Positions 17,780-29,030 of a stretch of 64,000 nt of DNA are shown here, piece by piece. The stretch covers positions 73,865-137,864 of the forward strand of contig JAYRYS010000002.1 of the NCBI GenBank assembly GCA_041916875.1. Reading direction: 5' to 3'. The translations under genes and the position numbers were made by a program. Source of the stretch: Flavobacterium sp. Its GTDB lineage: Bacteria > Bacteroidota > Bacteroidia > Flavobacteriales > Flavobacteriaceae. Under the pieces are notes generated by a model. It searched no databases, was not told the origin of the DNA, and saw nothing but the letters and a program-made list of their open reading frames with translations. Positions within the stretch are counted from its first letter, which is position 1. Each line of letters starts with the position of its first letter.

Positions 17780-20041
17780 ATGCGTAAATTATTTTTTATA
17801 CTACTGTTCCTGGCTGCCGGATATGCGCAGGCGCAGGAAACCATAAGCGGCAAAGTGCTTGATGAGCAAAAGCAGCCGCTACCCGGGGCCGGGGTTATAT
17901 GGGCCGGTACACAATTATCAACCGCTACTGATGAGAATGGTAGCTTTACACTGCCTTATTCTCCTGAATATACAAAGTTGGTTATAAGCTACCTTGGGTA
18001 TGCCACTGATACTTTAACCGTATCATCGCCCCAGGCCATAACCCATACCATGAAGCCTGCAAACACCAATGATATTAAGGAAGTGGTGGTAGATAAGACC
18101 CGGAAAAGCCTGGAACGTTCTTATCTTAAGACAGCTAACGTTACCAATATGGGTAGCAAGGAATTGCTAAAGGCTGCCTGCTGCAACATTGCGGAGAGTT
18201 TTGAAACCAACCCATCAATCGATGTTAATTTCAGTGATGCGCTAACCGGCAGCCGCCAGATAAAAATGCTGGGGCTTACCAGTCCGTACTTATTAATTGC
18301 CGAAGAAAACATCCCGGCAGTGCGCGGGGCATCGCAGGCTTATGGTTTGTCTTTTATTCCCGGTACGTGGGTGGAAAGCATCCAGATAACCAAAGGAGCC
18401 GGCCCTGTAATCAACGGTTATGAGAGCATCTCGGGGCAAATCAACTATGAAATCATAAAGCCGGTGAACGACGTGCCTTTTTTCCTCAACATATACGGCA
18501 GTACCGACAGCCGCTTTGAGGCCAACGCCCACGTGAACCGAAAGTTCAGCGATAAGTGGAGTTCAACGCTTTTTGTACACACCAATACCCGTGTGGGTAA
18601 AAATGATATGAATAATGACGGCTTTTTGGACAACCCTCTGGGCCAGCAAATTAACGTGATGAATCGCTGGCAATATACCAATGCCGAAAAAGGCTGGGTG
18701 AGTTTCCTGAATTTTCGCTACATGAGGGATGAGAAGCAAACCGGCGAGCTGGATTTTAACCCTGACAGGGATAAGTTTACTACCAATTATTGGGGCTCTG
18801 AGATAAATACCGACAAACTGGATGCATCGGCTAAATTAGGGTATGTATGGCCCGATATGCCTTTCCAGTCGCTTGGGCTGCAGACTGCCTACAACTGGCA
18901 CAAGCAGGAATCGTACTTTGGCTTTAATCAGTATGATATTGACCAAAAAAGCGTGTACTCTAACCTTATCTTCAATTCCATCATCAACAATACACTAAAC
19001 AAGTTTGCTACCGGGCTTAACTTCAGCTATGATAATTATGGCGAGCTGGTAACCGCGCCGCAAAATGGCATATTGCTGCCACGCGATTATAGCAGGACAG
19101 ATAATTCGGTAGGTGCATTTTTTGAATACACGTATGACAATACCAACAATTTCAGCCTTGTAGCCGGTGGCCGCTTTGATGTGCACAACCGCCTTGGCGC
19201 ATTCTTCACGCCGCGCGTACACATGCGCTACAACCCGTGGGAGAAAGCCGTACTGCGCGCATCTGCCGGAAGAGGAAAAAGGGCAGCTAACATTTTTGCC
19301 GAAAACCAGTCGCTTTTTGGTAGTTCGCGTTCGCTCAATGTGCTGAACAGTGGCGGCAAATTGTATGGGCTTGATCCGGAAATTGCCTGGAATTATGGCG
19401 TGAGCTTTATGCAGGGCTTCAGCCTTTTCAATAAAAATGCTGAGTTTGTGGTTGATTTTTACCGCACTGATTTCCAAAACCAGGTAGTGGTTGACCTTTT
19501 TGCCAGCCCGCAGCAGGCCAATTTTTATAACCTCGACGGAAAGTCTTACGCTAACAGCTTGCAGGTGGAACTGAATTATGAAATTACGCACCACTTCAAC
19601 ATACGCACTGCTTATAAATATTACGATATAAAAACACAGTACAGCACCGGTATGGAGGAAAGGCCGCTACAGGCAAAACACCGTTTCTTTACCAATATTG
19701 CCTATGAAACCCACGTTAAAGATGGGGGAGGGCAGTGGAAGTTTGACTTTACTTATAACTGGATGGGCAAGCAGCGCCTGCCATACACCGGCAGCAACCC
19801 GGCACAGTACCAGCTGGGTGAATATTCGCCGTCATTCTCACTCATGAATGCGCAGGTTACCAAGAGTTTCAGCAGTATTTTTGAAGTGTATGCGGGAGCC
19901 GAAAACCTTGGTAACTACAGGCAGGATAAAGCGATTTTGGGCAATGACGACCCTTTTGGCCCCTATTTTGACAGTAGTATTATATATGCGCCAATATTTG
20001 GGCAGATGTATTATGCAGGATTACGTTTCAAGATAAAATAA
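17780..20041 (+). CDS. TonB-dependent receptor (metal-associated, KAACC plug motif)
   Basis: Signal peptide, carboxypeptidase-regulatory-like N-domain, ELLKAACCNIAESFETN plug, barrel ending YAGLRFKIK. Confidence 0.92.
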   Translation: MRKLFFILLFLAAGYAQAQETISGKVLDEQKQPLPGAGVIWAGTQLSTATDENGSFTLPYSPEYTKLVISYLGYATDTLTVSSPQAITHTMKPANTNDIKEVVVDKTRKSLERSYLKTANVTNMGSKELLKAACCNIAESFETNPSIDVNFSDALTGSRQIKMLGLTSPYLLIAEENIPAVRGASQAYGLSFIPGTWVESIQITKGAGPVINGYESISGQINYEIIKPVNDVPFFLNIYGSTDSRFEANAHVNRKFSDKWSSTLFVHTNTRVGKNDMNNDGFLDNPLGQQINVMNRWQYTNAEKGWVSFLNFRYMRDEKQTGELDFNPDRDKFTTNYWGSEINTDKLDASAKLGYVWPDMPFQSLGLQTAYNWHKQESYFGFNQYDIDQKSVYSNLIFNSIINNTLNKFATGLNFSYDNYGELVTAPQNGILLPRDYSRTDNSVGAFFEYTYDNTNNFSLVAGGRFDVHNRLGAFFTPRVHMRYNPWEKAVLRASAGRGKRAANIFAENQSLFGSSRSLNVLNSGGKLYGLDPEIAWNYGVSFMQGFSLFNKNAEFVVDFYRTDFQNQVVVDLFASPQQANFYNLDGKSYANSLQVELNYEITHHFNIRTAYKYYDIKTQYSTGMEERPLQAKHRFFTNIAYETHVKDGGGQWKFDFTYNWMGKQRLPYTGSNPAQYQLGEYSPSFSLMNAQVTKSFSSIFEVYAGAENLGNYRQDKAILGNDDPFGPYFDSSIIYAPIFGQMYYAGLRFKIK

Positions 20042-20070
20042 TTATATTTAACCACTTAACGAAAACAACA

Positions 20071-20415
20071 ATGAAAAAACTGTTTTTAATCATGTTTGTA
20101 GCCGTGCTGGGTATTACTGCACAGGCGCAGGAAAAAGTAAAAAAGAATAAAAACCTTAAATGTGAGGTTGAGGTATATGGTAACTGCGAAATGTGCAAAA
20201 AGCGCATTGAAAAAGCAGCCTATAGCGTGCCGGGCGTAAAATCGGCGGTGTGGCACCAGGACCACCAGGACATGCACCTTATTATTGATGAGAATAAATG
20301 CAGTGTTGAGGATGTAAAAAACGCTGTGGCAAAATCAGGTCATGATACGAAAGATGTAAAAGCAAAGGATGAAGATTATGCAAAACTTCATGATTGTTGC
20401 AAATACAGGGAATAA
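20071..20415 (+). CDS. periplasmic heavy-metal-associated (HMA) domain protein
   Basis: Signal peptide, GNCEMCKKRIE metal-binding motif, C-terminal LHDCCKY. Confidence 0.9.
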   Translation: MKKLFLIMFVAVLGITAQAQEKVKKNKNLKCEVEVYGNCEMCKKRIEKAAYSVPGVKSAVWHQDHQDMHLIIDENKCSVEDVKNAVAKSGHDTKDVKAKDEDYAKLHDCCKYRE

Positions 20416-20439
20416 CCTTGTAGATGAAAAGTATATAAT

Positions 20440-20470
20440 TGCCCCCGGAATTTTCGGGGGTATTTTTTTT
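20440..20470 (+). terminator. terminator of the metal-uptake operon
   Basis: GCCCCCGG-aattt-TCGGGGGT followed by a T tract. Confidence 0.75.
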
Positions 20471-20543
20471 GAAAATATTTCCTCTGCAAAATAAATTTTG
20501 TATAAGTATTTTGATATAACTTTGTGAAACTAAACCCGAAGAA

Positions 20544-20933
20544 GTGAAACCACCAAGGAAAACAATTTACAGCAACAAAGCGCTTATGGCCTTTATGCTT
20601 GTGTTTTTTTTCCTGTTCATAGGGCTTTCCAAAAGCATGGCTTTTACGGCTGGTTCAACTAAGGCTTCTGTAAAAACCGAAGCTTCTTCATCTGTTTCCA
20701 AAACTACGCTTACTGCAATTGCCGATACGGAAGATACCGGCTACAATGTGTTGGATCCGATGGGCGATACTGATGCCGGTGATTTTGACATGGCTTTTTT
20801 TGGGAATACTGTCCTGAAATTTTTCTTTCCTGTTACTGAAAAGCAAATGTATGCTGATACCGCATCTTGCCCTTCTCGCGGCAATGTGGCGCTGTATGAC
20901 CTTTTCTGCAACTGGAAACTGCATCTTGCATAA
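20544..20933 (+). CDS. hypothetical exported protein with C-terminal LYxLFC motif
   Basis: GTG start, -7 box TAACTTTG at 20517-20524, hydrophobic N-terminal segment. Confidence 0.65.
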   Translation: MKPPRKTIYSNKALMAFMLVFFFLFIGLSKSMAFTAGSTKASVKTEASSSVSKTTLTAIADTEDTGYNVLDPMGDTDAGDFDMAFFGNTVLKFFFPVTEKQMYADTASCPSRGNVALYDLFCNWKLHLA

Positions 20934-21161
20934 TGCATAATCCCAGAGGATTGTAGCACACATTTTATCTCACAATTTTATTGTATTTGATATTGCCCTG
21001 ACTGTAAGGTTATGGCTGTGTGGTACGCTTACAAACGATTCATCTTAATTTTCATAGATTTTTTTTAAAAGCGATAATTGTTAGTTGCTTGGATACCGGC
21101 TAATAATGCCTGTTTGCGGCCGGTATCCTTTTTTTTACCTTTGTGGCGCAAACTAACAATT

Positions 21162-22514
21162 ATGGCAAAAAACAAAATTTCAAAAGCTGTTGCAGTGTTG
21201 GCTACTGTACTGGCTTTACAAACCGCTATGGCACAAACACAGCCGGAACAGCCCAAGCCTGTTGAAAATAACTTTATTAAAGACAGGAAATTTTACCTGA
21301 ATGAGGATGGCAGCAATTATGTGAAGCTTACCTTCCTTACCCAGGCATGGCTGCGTAATGCTAATTACAACCCCGGCACTACTATAAATGGAGTTGCCAA
21401 AAGCAGCGGTACTGATATTGGCATTCGCCGCTACAGGATACAGTTTTATGGACAATTGACTGACAGGGTGTTTGCCTACAGCCAGTTTGGAGAGAATAAT
21501 TTTAATAATATATCCGACAGGAAACTGGGCTTTTTTGTACATGATGCCTATGGCGAATATGCGGTTGATAAAACCATGCTTTCCATAGGTGCGGGCTTAT
21601 CGGGCTGGAGTGGGCTTACGCGTTTTGCTTCACCTTCGGCAGGGAGCATATTGGGTATTGATGCGCCCATTTACCAGCAAAGCACTGCCGATGCAACGGA
21701 CCAATTCCTGCGCAAGCTATCTATATTTGCCAAGGGTAAGATAGGCAGGCTGGATTACCGGGTGCTTATGGCACAGCCCATGGCAATACAAAAGTCAGCC
21801 GGGTGGACATCGGCTAACAGCGTTAGCCAGAATGCGCAGTTTTCGGGCAACCCGCCCAAGATGCAGTTCAACGGCTATTTTATGTACCAGTTGAAAGACC
21901 AGGAAAGCAACCTTACGCCTTACAATACCGGTACTTATTTGGGCAAGAAAAAAGTGTTTAACATTGGCGCGGGCTTTATTTACCAGGAAGATGCCATGTG
22001 GAGGCTGAATGAAACTGCCACTGACACTATTAACAGCAATTTGCTTCACCTTGCGGCTGATGTGTATTATGATGCCCCGGTGGGTAGCAAAGGGCAGGCA
22101 CTAAGCTTGTATGCCAGTGTAACGCATGCTGATTACGGTAAACGCTATCTGCGTAATCTTGGCCCTATGAACCCGGCCAACGGAAATAATGATGCCTCAG
22201 TACTTAACGGTGCCGGCACGGCGTTCCCCATGTTTGGTACTGGCACGGTGGCTTATCTGCAGGCAGGCTATAAGTTTAAGGACGATTTGATTGGCAAAAC
22301 AACGCTCATGCCTTACGTATCCATACAATATGCCGATTATGACAGGCTTAACGATAACATGGCTTACTATGATGTAGGTGTTAACTGGCTGCTGGCCGGG
22401 CACACCTCCAAGTTTACGATATCTTACCAGGACCGCCCCATATTTACAGCAGATGGAGAGCGCTCCTCAAGAAATGGTGCTGTGGTAGCACAGTATCAGG
22501 TGTTTTTTAATTAA
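21162..22514 (+). CDS. putative outer-membrane porin (phosphate-selective/amide porin-like)
   Basis: Signal peptide, DIGIRRYRIQFYG, HDAYGEY, beta-strands, C-terminal AQYQVFFN; -7 box TACCTTTG at 21136-21143. Start MAKNK. Confidence 0.7.
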   Translation: MAKNKISKAVAVLATVLALQTAMAQTQPEQPKPVENNFIKDRKFYLNEDGSNYVKLTFLTQAWLRNANYNPGTTINGVAKSSGTDIGIRRYRIQFYGQLTDRVFAYSQFGENNFNNISDRKLGFFVHDAYGEYAVDKTMLSIGAGLSGWSGLTRFASPSAGSILGIDAPIYQQSTADATDQFLRKLSIFAKGKIGRLDYRVLMAQPMAIQKSAGWTSANSVSQNAQFSGNPPKMQFNGYFMYQLKDQESNLTPYNTGTYLGKKKVFNIGAGFIYQEDAMWRLNETATDTINSNLLHLAADVYYDAPVGSKGQALSLYASVTHADYGKRYLRNLGPMNPANGNNDASVLNGAGTAFPMFGTGTVAYLQAGYKFKDDLIGKTTLMPYVSIQYADYDRLNDNMAYYDVGVNWLLAGHTSKFTISYQDRPIFTADGERSSRNGAVVAQYQVFFN

Positions 22515-22523
22515 TTGGTTAAT

Positions 22524-22552
22524 GAAAATGCCCCACATAGTGGGGCATTTTC
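22524..22552. terminator. bidirectional terminator
   Basis: GAAAATGCCCCAC-ata-GTGGGGCATTTTC. Confidence 0.85.
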
Positions 22553-22558
22553 TATTTT

Positions 22559-24904
22559 TTAGTTGAGGCTGATTGTTTTTACTTCTGATATAAGTTTGCC
22601 ATCGGCACTAAAACCTTCAAAAAGCACTTTGATTGTTTTTTGTGATGTGTAAGGGATTTTAAAGGCAAATTCTCCTTGCTGGTTGGTGTATATTTTAGAT
22701 TCCCAGTCGATAATGCCAAAGTTATCGAAGCCTTCACCGGTTGTTGAAGCATACTGGTCGCTGGTGTAACGCTTGGTTTTAGCAAAGCCGTCTTTGACAA
22801 GTATGCCGGGGTCTGAGGATGATTTGGCCGAGGTATAGTTGCTTTTCATATAGATTCGTATAATGCCAAAAGTGTTATTAATGGATGGTACCATTGCATT
22901 TGCATTCATGTAGATTTCATCTACTTCTTCAAGCGGAATATTGAAAAGCTGGCTGAAATCCATCAAAATCATATTATTCATATATACCATAGGACGGCTT
23001 CTGGCTCCCTGTATGCTGTTCCTGGCACGGCCTGTTATTGAGACATCCGCACCATTAACCTGCACGTCAAATCCGCCATTATTTCGTATAAAATCCAAAA
23101 GATAATAAGCTCCTGCTACTTCCTGCGGCGTTATTTTATACCCCCTGAGTTGCGAATGTCCCGGAGAATTTTGACGTTTCAATGGATTTATTTTTTCGTC
23201 AATCACCACTTCTTTCAAATCAATTGTTTCTCCAGCAAAAGCAGGCATTTCAATACCGCTTAGGTTATCATCAATTACAAAAGTGCATTGCACAGTTTCC
23301 GGTTTGTACATTTTGTTATAAGTGCGGAGGGCATTAAAAAATTGTACAGTAGGCTTTATGTCTTTTCTTGGCTCTCTTTTTTCAAGCACTGTTATCCCTA
23401 TCCTGGTAGAATCCTGTAGTATAAGATCTTCATATGTAACTTCCCCATTTGCGTCTGGCTGGAGTGTTTTCTGGAAAAGTTCAGGCACATAAGTTAACCG
23501 TATTACAAGATTTTTATTTTTTGCATGGTTTGCAGGCAGCTTTGCTTTAACGGTTAGCCCGCGGTCAAAATTAAATTTTTGTACCGGTGTGCCAGCCAAT
23601 ATGTCTGCCCAGCGATATTTACTTGTTTGGGATGTAAGATACATATCCAGTTCATATTGGCGTGCCTTACCTGTGTTTTCAAAAAAGTACCTGTCAGCAT
23701 GTTGCCTGTTATTTTTTATATAAGGGCTAAGGAGCAGTGAGCTGTAAAGGTTATCGCCCGATGCCAGGGTTTTTGTGTTTTCCGGCAGCACAGAGGCACT
23801 CATGGTAACCATAGGGTTGTTTAGCTTTCCTGACAAAACAATGTCATTACTTACCGGTTTTGCATTTATATCGCTAATGTCAAGTACACCGGGATGCTGA
23901 AAAATAATCCTTTCTGCTATCTGGTTCAGGTTCTCATCAATTACCCGTATGATATTTGTACCCCCAAAAATATCTTTATCAGCCAGCATTATAGTAGGTT
24001 CGGGTGATTCAGAAAAATCAAGGTTGTAAATGACTACCTTATCATCCTGATGGATTACCATATAAAGTGGTTTGCCGGCGTACTTATTTTTGGAGAACTC
24101 GTTAGTTCGTGCCTTAATAATAACCTTGCCATCCAGCGAATAATTATTTACTTCCAGGGCTACGCCTTCTATAACCGGTGCAGGCAATGCTTGCTCATGT
24201 GTTGTGTTATTTACTTTTACAATGGCTTTCAGGCCGGCCTCGTTAGGTATAAGGTCAAACCTGCCATAGCCATATTTATTTACCGGTATTGTTTTTATAG
24301 ATTCACCTTTTGCATTCTTAATTTCAAGGGAGGTAACAGGAAGTATTGTCCTGCCGCACCCGGACACCCTTACTACTATATTATTCTTAATATTCCGGAT
24401 CATGCTTCCTCCTTCAGGAAAAAATTCAATATTGGCGGCCTGGTCGCTTATCTTTTGAAGCCCTTTATCAGATCGGTTGATGACTGAAATTTCATAAACA
24501 GATGACTCATCTTCAATGAAATTGTTCATCCAGTTGGTATAAAACTGAAGGTAGTACTTGCCTGAAGGCAGGTTTTTGTCCAGCATTATATTTCCTGCAA
24601 AATCACCATATACACAATAAAAAAGTTCCGTTTTTAAGACTTTTCCTGTGCCGTCAATCAGTGCTCCGTATACATTAGTGGTCTGGTTGGGCAATTTTAG
24701 CTTTCGCTGCAAAACATAACCCCTGAACCAGGTTTCTTCTCCCGCCAGGAAAATATTTTTATCAAGGTGCACATGTATGTTTTCGCGGTCAAGGGCAAAG
24801 TAGTTAATAAGTGCTTTGTCCATGGTAGTTTTTTTGTCATCCTGCGCCCATATTTTTACAGGAATTATCAAAAAGAATAAAACAGCAAGTAAGGCTTTTT
24901 TCAT
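22559..24904 (-). CDS. secreted MG2-like/TonB-plug-like domain protein (Bacteroidota family)
   Basis: ENIHVHLDKNIFLAGEETWF, LPSGKYYLQFYTNWMNNF, IEFFPEGG, plug-like PMVYMN...GIIRIYMK, C-terminal EGFSADGKL. Confidence 0.7.
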   Translation of the reverse strand: MKKALLAVLFFLIIPVKIWAQDDKKTTMDKALINYFALDRENIHVHLDKNIFLAGEETWFRGYVLQRKLKLPNQTTNVYGALIDGTGKVLKTELFYCVYGDFAGNIMLDKNLPSGKYYLQFYTNWMNNFIEDESSVYEISVINRSDKGLQKISDQAANIEFFPEGGSMIRNIKNNIVVRVSGCGRTILPVTSLEIKNAKGESIKTIPVNKYGYGRFDLIPNEAGLKAIVKVNNTTHEQALPAPVIEGVALEVNNYSLDGKVIIKARTNEFSKNKYAGKPLYMVIHQDDKVVIYNLDFSESPEPTIMLADKDIFGGTNIIRVIDENLNQIAERIIFQHPGVLDISDINAKPVSNDIVLSGKLNNPMVTMSASVLPENTKTLASGDNLYSSLLLSPYIKNNRQHADRYFFENTGKARQYELDMYLTSQTSKYRWADILAGTPVQKFNFDRGLTVKAKLPANHAKNKNLVIRLTYVPELFQKTLQPDANGEVTYEDLILQDSTRIGITVLEKREPRKDIKPTVQFFNALRTYNKMYKPETVQCTFVIDDNLSGIEMPAFAGETIDLKEVVIDEKINPLKRQNSPGHSQLRGYKITPQEVAGAYYLLDFIRNNGGFDVQVNGADVSITGRARNSIQGARSRPMVYMNNMILMDFSQLFNIPLEEVDEIYMNANAMVPSINNTFGIIRIYMKSNYTSAKSSSDPGILVKDGFAKTKRYTSDQYASTTGEGFDNFGIIDWESKIYTNQQGEFAFKIPYTSQKTIKVLFEGFSADGKLISEVKTISLN

Positions 24905-24993
24905 AAAAATTTGGTAAGGTTTAAAATCGCGTTAAAAATATAGGATTGCTACATATAAACAAAGTATGCTTACAATAAATAATCATTAAAAAT

Positions 24994-25022
24994 AAAAAGG
25001 GAACGCAATTGCGTTCCCTTTT
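24994..25022 (-). terminator. groL terminator
   Basis: AAAAGGGAACGC-aatt-GCGTTCCCTTTT. Confidence 0.85.
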
Positions 25023-25045
25023 GTTGTATAGGTGTAAATAAAATA

Positions 25046-26689
<1,644 letters not shown>

Positions 26690-26714
26690 TTATGTTTTTA
26701 AATATTAAACAGAA

Positions 26715-26990
26715 TTAGATAATTGCAAAAATCTCTTCTTCCCTCATGATCAGGTAATCTTTACCTTCATGCTTCAGTTCTGTACCCGCATATTTGCCAT
26801 ACAATACAGTATCACCTACTTTTACGGTCATTTCATGGTCTTTTGTGCCATTGCCTACTGCCACTACAAGCCCTTTTTGCGGTTTTTCTTTGGCAGTGTC
26901 AGGAATAAAAATGCCCGAAGCTGTTTGTGTTTCTGCTGCAACCGGCTCAATCAGTACGCGGTCAGACAGGGGTTTAATGTTTAAAGCCAT
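26715..26990 (-). CDS. groES: co-chaperonin GroES
   Basis: [24 protein letters not shown]. Start corrected to MALNIK. Confidence 0.98.
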   Translation of the reverse strand: MALNIKPLSDRVLIEPVAAETQTASGIFIPDTAKEKPQKGLVVAVGNGTKDHEMTVKVGDTVLYGKYAGTELKHEGKDYLIMREEEIFAII

Positions 26991-27038
26991 ATTTTTAAGT
27001 TTTTGTTTTGTTAATGAAAAATTTGCTATTCCTGATTT

Positions 27039-27078
27039 GACAGAAATTGTGCCACTTTGAAAACCTGCCAAATTTACA
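27039..27078 (-). promoter_or_regulatory. candidate sigma54-like (-24/-12) promoter plus upstream TGnnA-N3-TGGCA box for groESL
   Basis: Minus strand TGTAAATTTGGCA...TGGCAC-AATTT-CTGT; no TAnnTTTG box seen before groES. Confidence 0.45.
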
Positions 27079-27083
27079 GAATG

Positions 27084-27116
27084 AAAAATGCCAGCTTTGA
27101 CAGGCTGGCATTTTTT
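27084..27116 (-). terminator. secG terminator
   Basis: AAAAATGCCAGC...GCTGGCATTTTT. Confidence 0.85.
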
Positions 27117-27137
27117 ATGATTTTATTATGATATAAA

Positions 27138-27518
27138 TTAGTTAGCAGGAGCTGACTGTGCCGGGGCAGGTGTAGCTGCTGGCTGCGCCGCAGGAGTAGC
27201 AGCATCTTTAGCCGGTGCGCCCGGTGCTGGCTGTGTAGCTGCAGCAGGGGTAGTAGCCGATTCTTCCATTGTATCAGTTTCGCTGAACTTGTTAGAGAAA
27301 CTTAATGATGATGCAAGGATAAGGCAAATAAGTACTGTGGCAAGTGTCCAGGTACTTTTGTCAAGGAAATCAGTGGTTTTTTGAACGCCACCCATCATTT
27401 GCGATCCGCCAAGGGTTGAAGACAAGCCTCCGCCTTTAGGGTTCTGAACCATTATAACCACAATTAGAAGGAAACTTACTATTGTTATAAGTACCAAAAA
27501 AATCGAAAACTCACCCAT
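27138..27518 (-). CDS. secG: preprotein translocase subunit SecG
   Basis: VQNPKGGGLSS, FLDKSTW, two TM helices, Ala/Pro tail. Confidence 0.95.
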   Translation of the reverse strand: MGEFSIFLVLITIVSFLLIVVIMVQNPKGGGLSSTLGGSQMMGGVQKTTDFLDKSTWTLATVLICLILASSLSFSNKFSETDTMEESATTPAAATQPAPGAPAKDAATPAAQPAATPAPAQSAPAN

Positions 27519-27522
27519 TGTA

Positions 27523-28440
27523 TTAATTGTTATTTTGTTGTAAAAGTTTTATCTCTGAAATACGGTCTGCAAAGAAAACACTTTTTTCCGGATATTTCAA
27601 AATTAAAATTTCGTATGCCTGTATGGCTTTTGTATATTTTTTTTGTTCGAGGTAAACGCGCGCAAGTGTCTCAGTCATAAGGTAGGAGGTGTCCTGCGTG
27701 CTGCGCTCAATGTTGGCCAGCGGTGGCGGCGTGTTTTTGCTGGGCACAATTTTGGGGTTAGCTTCAATAAAACGGTCTATCAGTTCCAGTTTTTTGCTTA
27801 TGGCATCTTCCTGCACAGGCGCTGGTTCTTCCTGTATCGCTACGTTCTCTTTTGGCGCATCTTCCCTTTGTATCGGGGTTATTTTAGATAGCTGCAGCCA
27901 TTCCTGGAACGAGTGCTTCTCACTTTTGCTGAATTCCAGCGGTTTGCCTATCTCCAGTTTTTCCTCAATCTTTTCGGTTATTGGAGATGCATCTTCTACA
28001 ACAGCAACTTCCGGTTCCGGAATTACGGCAATTTCTTCTTCAACCGGTTCGGTAGCTTTTATGCTTCTCAGTATAGATTCCTCCAGCTTGTTGACAGGTG
28101 TGGCGGTTTCTTCTTTGGTTACAATCAGCTCCTCACCGTCATTTACCTTTATTTCGCCCAGGGCTTTTTCCTGATTTTCAAAAAAGCCTTTCTGCACGCT
28201 CTGGAACTGCTCGGTAGTAATGAACTCAAACAATACCGACCTGTCCGTAGTGTAAGCCGCCGTCTTTTTTAGCTCTGTATTATAGCGGTAGCTGTCAGCA
28301 TTGTACAGTCCTTTTAAATGTATGGCACGCGCCGCCTGCAGGTAAGGATACTCTGAAAGTACCGCCTCCAGTTCCAGCGTTTGCCTTTCGGTAAGGCTAT
28401 ACGGCTTATTGAGCAGGTATGTAAAGTCTTTTGTATTCAT
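27523..28440 (-). CDS. conserved TPR-like protein
   Basis: EYPYLQAAR; C-terminal MTETLARVYLEQKKYTKAIQAYEILILKYPEKS; conserved lptE-secG position. Confidence 0.8.
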   Translation of the reverse strand: MNTKDFTYLLNKPYSLTERQTLELEAVLSEYPYLQAARAIHLKGLYNADSYRYNTELKKTAAYTTDRSVLFEFITTEQFQSVQKGFFENQEKALGEIKVNDGEELIVTKEETATPVNKLEESILRSIKATEPVEEEIAVIPEPEVAVVEDASPITEKIEEKLEIGKPLEFSKSEKHSFQEWLQLSKITPIQREDAPKENVAIQEEPAPVQEDAISKKLELIDRFIEANPKIVPSKNTPPPLANIERSTQDTSYLMTETLARVYLEQKKYTKAIQAYEILILKYPEKSVFFADRISEIKLLQQNNN

Positions 28441-28445
28441 TTTTT

Positions 28446-28511
28446 AGTTTTCAGTCACAGTCACAGTTTTCACATGGTTAGCCTGTAAACTGCGACTGCA
28501 AACTGCGACTG
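28446..28511. repeat. hexamer (CAGTCR/CAGTTT)-built inverted-repeat element
   Basis: AGTTTTCAGTCACAGTCACAGTTTT ... AAACTGCGACTGCAAACTGCGACTG. Confidence 0.7.
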
Positions 28512-28513
28512 GC

Positions 28514-29017
28514 TTACCATTTCGCCAGCGAGTCGTTAAATATATCCTGGGTTATCCTTTCAAAAATCACTTCCAGGCCATCGTTAAGCGTTCCGCCTGT
28601 TGGCAGGTCATTTCCGCTAAAATCATAGAAAAAGCTGTAGCGCTTTTCAAAATTATCGTCTTCCTTATTCTTGTTGATGAAGCGCACGTTGATAGATATG
28701 CTCAGCCTGTTTTGTGCTGCACGCTGGTCGGCCGTGGCGGTCATGGGTGCAATGCGGTAATCTACAATCTCGCCTTCATATACCAGTTCACCGCCGCTGT
28801 TAGTAAGGCTCAGGTTTGTCTGGTTCTGTATCAGGTCCTGAAGCCTTCGGGTAAATCTCAAGTCAATCCCTGGTTCTACCAGTTCGGCGTTATTAATGAA
28901 ATAATTCACCTGGAAGGTTTTGGCATCAATAGGCTTGGCTCCTGTAAAGTTATATATGCCACATCCTTGCAGGGTGAACAAAACGGCAAAAGCCAGTATA
29001 AATTTAATTTTTTTCAT
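28514..29017 (-). CDS. lptE: LptE-family LPS assembly lipoprotein
   Basis: Lipobox LQGC, YNFTGA, QDIFNDSLAKW. Confidence 0.85.
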   Translation of the reverse strand: MKKIKFILAFAVLFTLQGCGIYNFTGAKPIDAKTFQVNYFINNAELVEPGIDLRFTRRLQDLIQNQTNLSLTNSGGELVYEGEIVDYRIAPMTATADQRAAQNRLSISINVRFINKNKEDDNFEKRYSFFYDFSGNDLPTGGTLNDGLEVIFERITQDIFNDSLAKW

Positions 29018-29030
29018 TATGTTGCCAACC

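Noticed and set aside
26991-27137. CIRCE/HrcA operator before groES
   Set aside because: TTAGCACTC-N9-GAGTGCTAA is not present; the inverted repeat here is the secG terminator.
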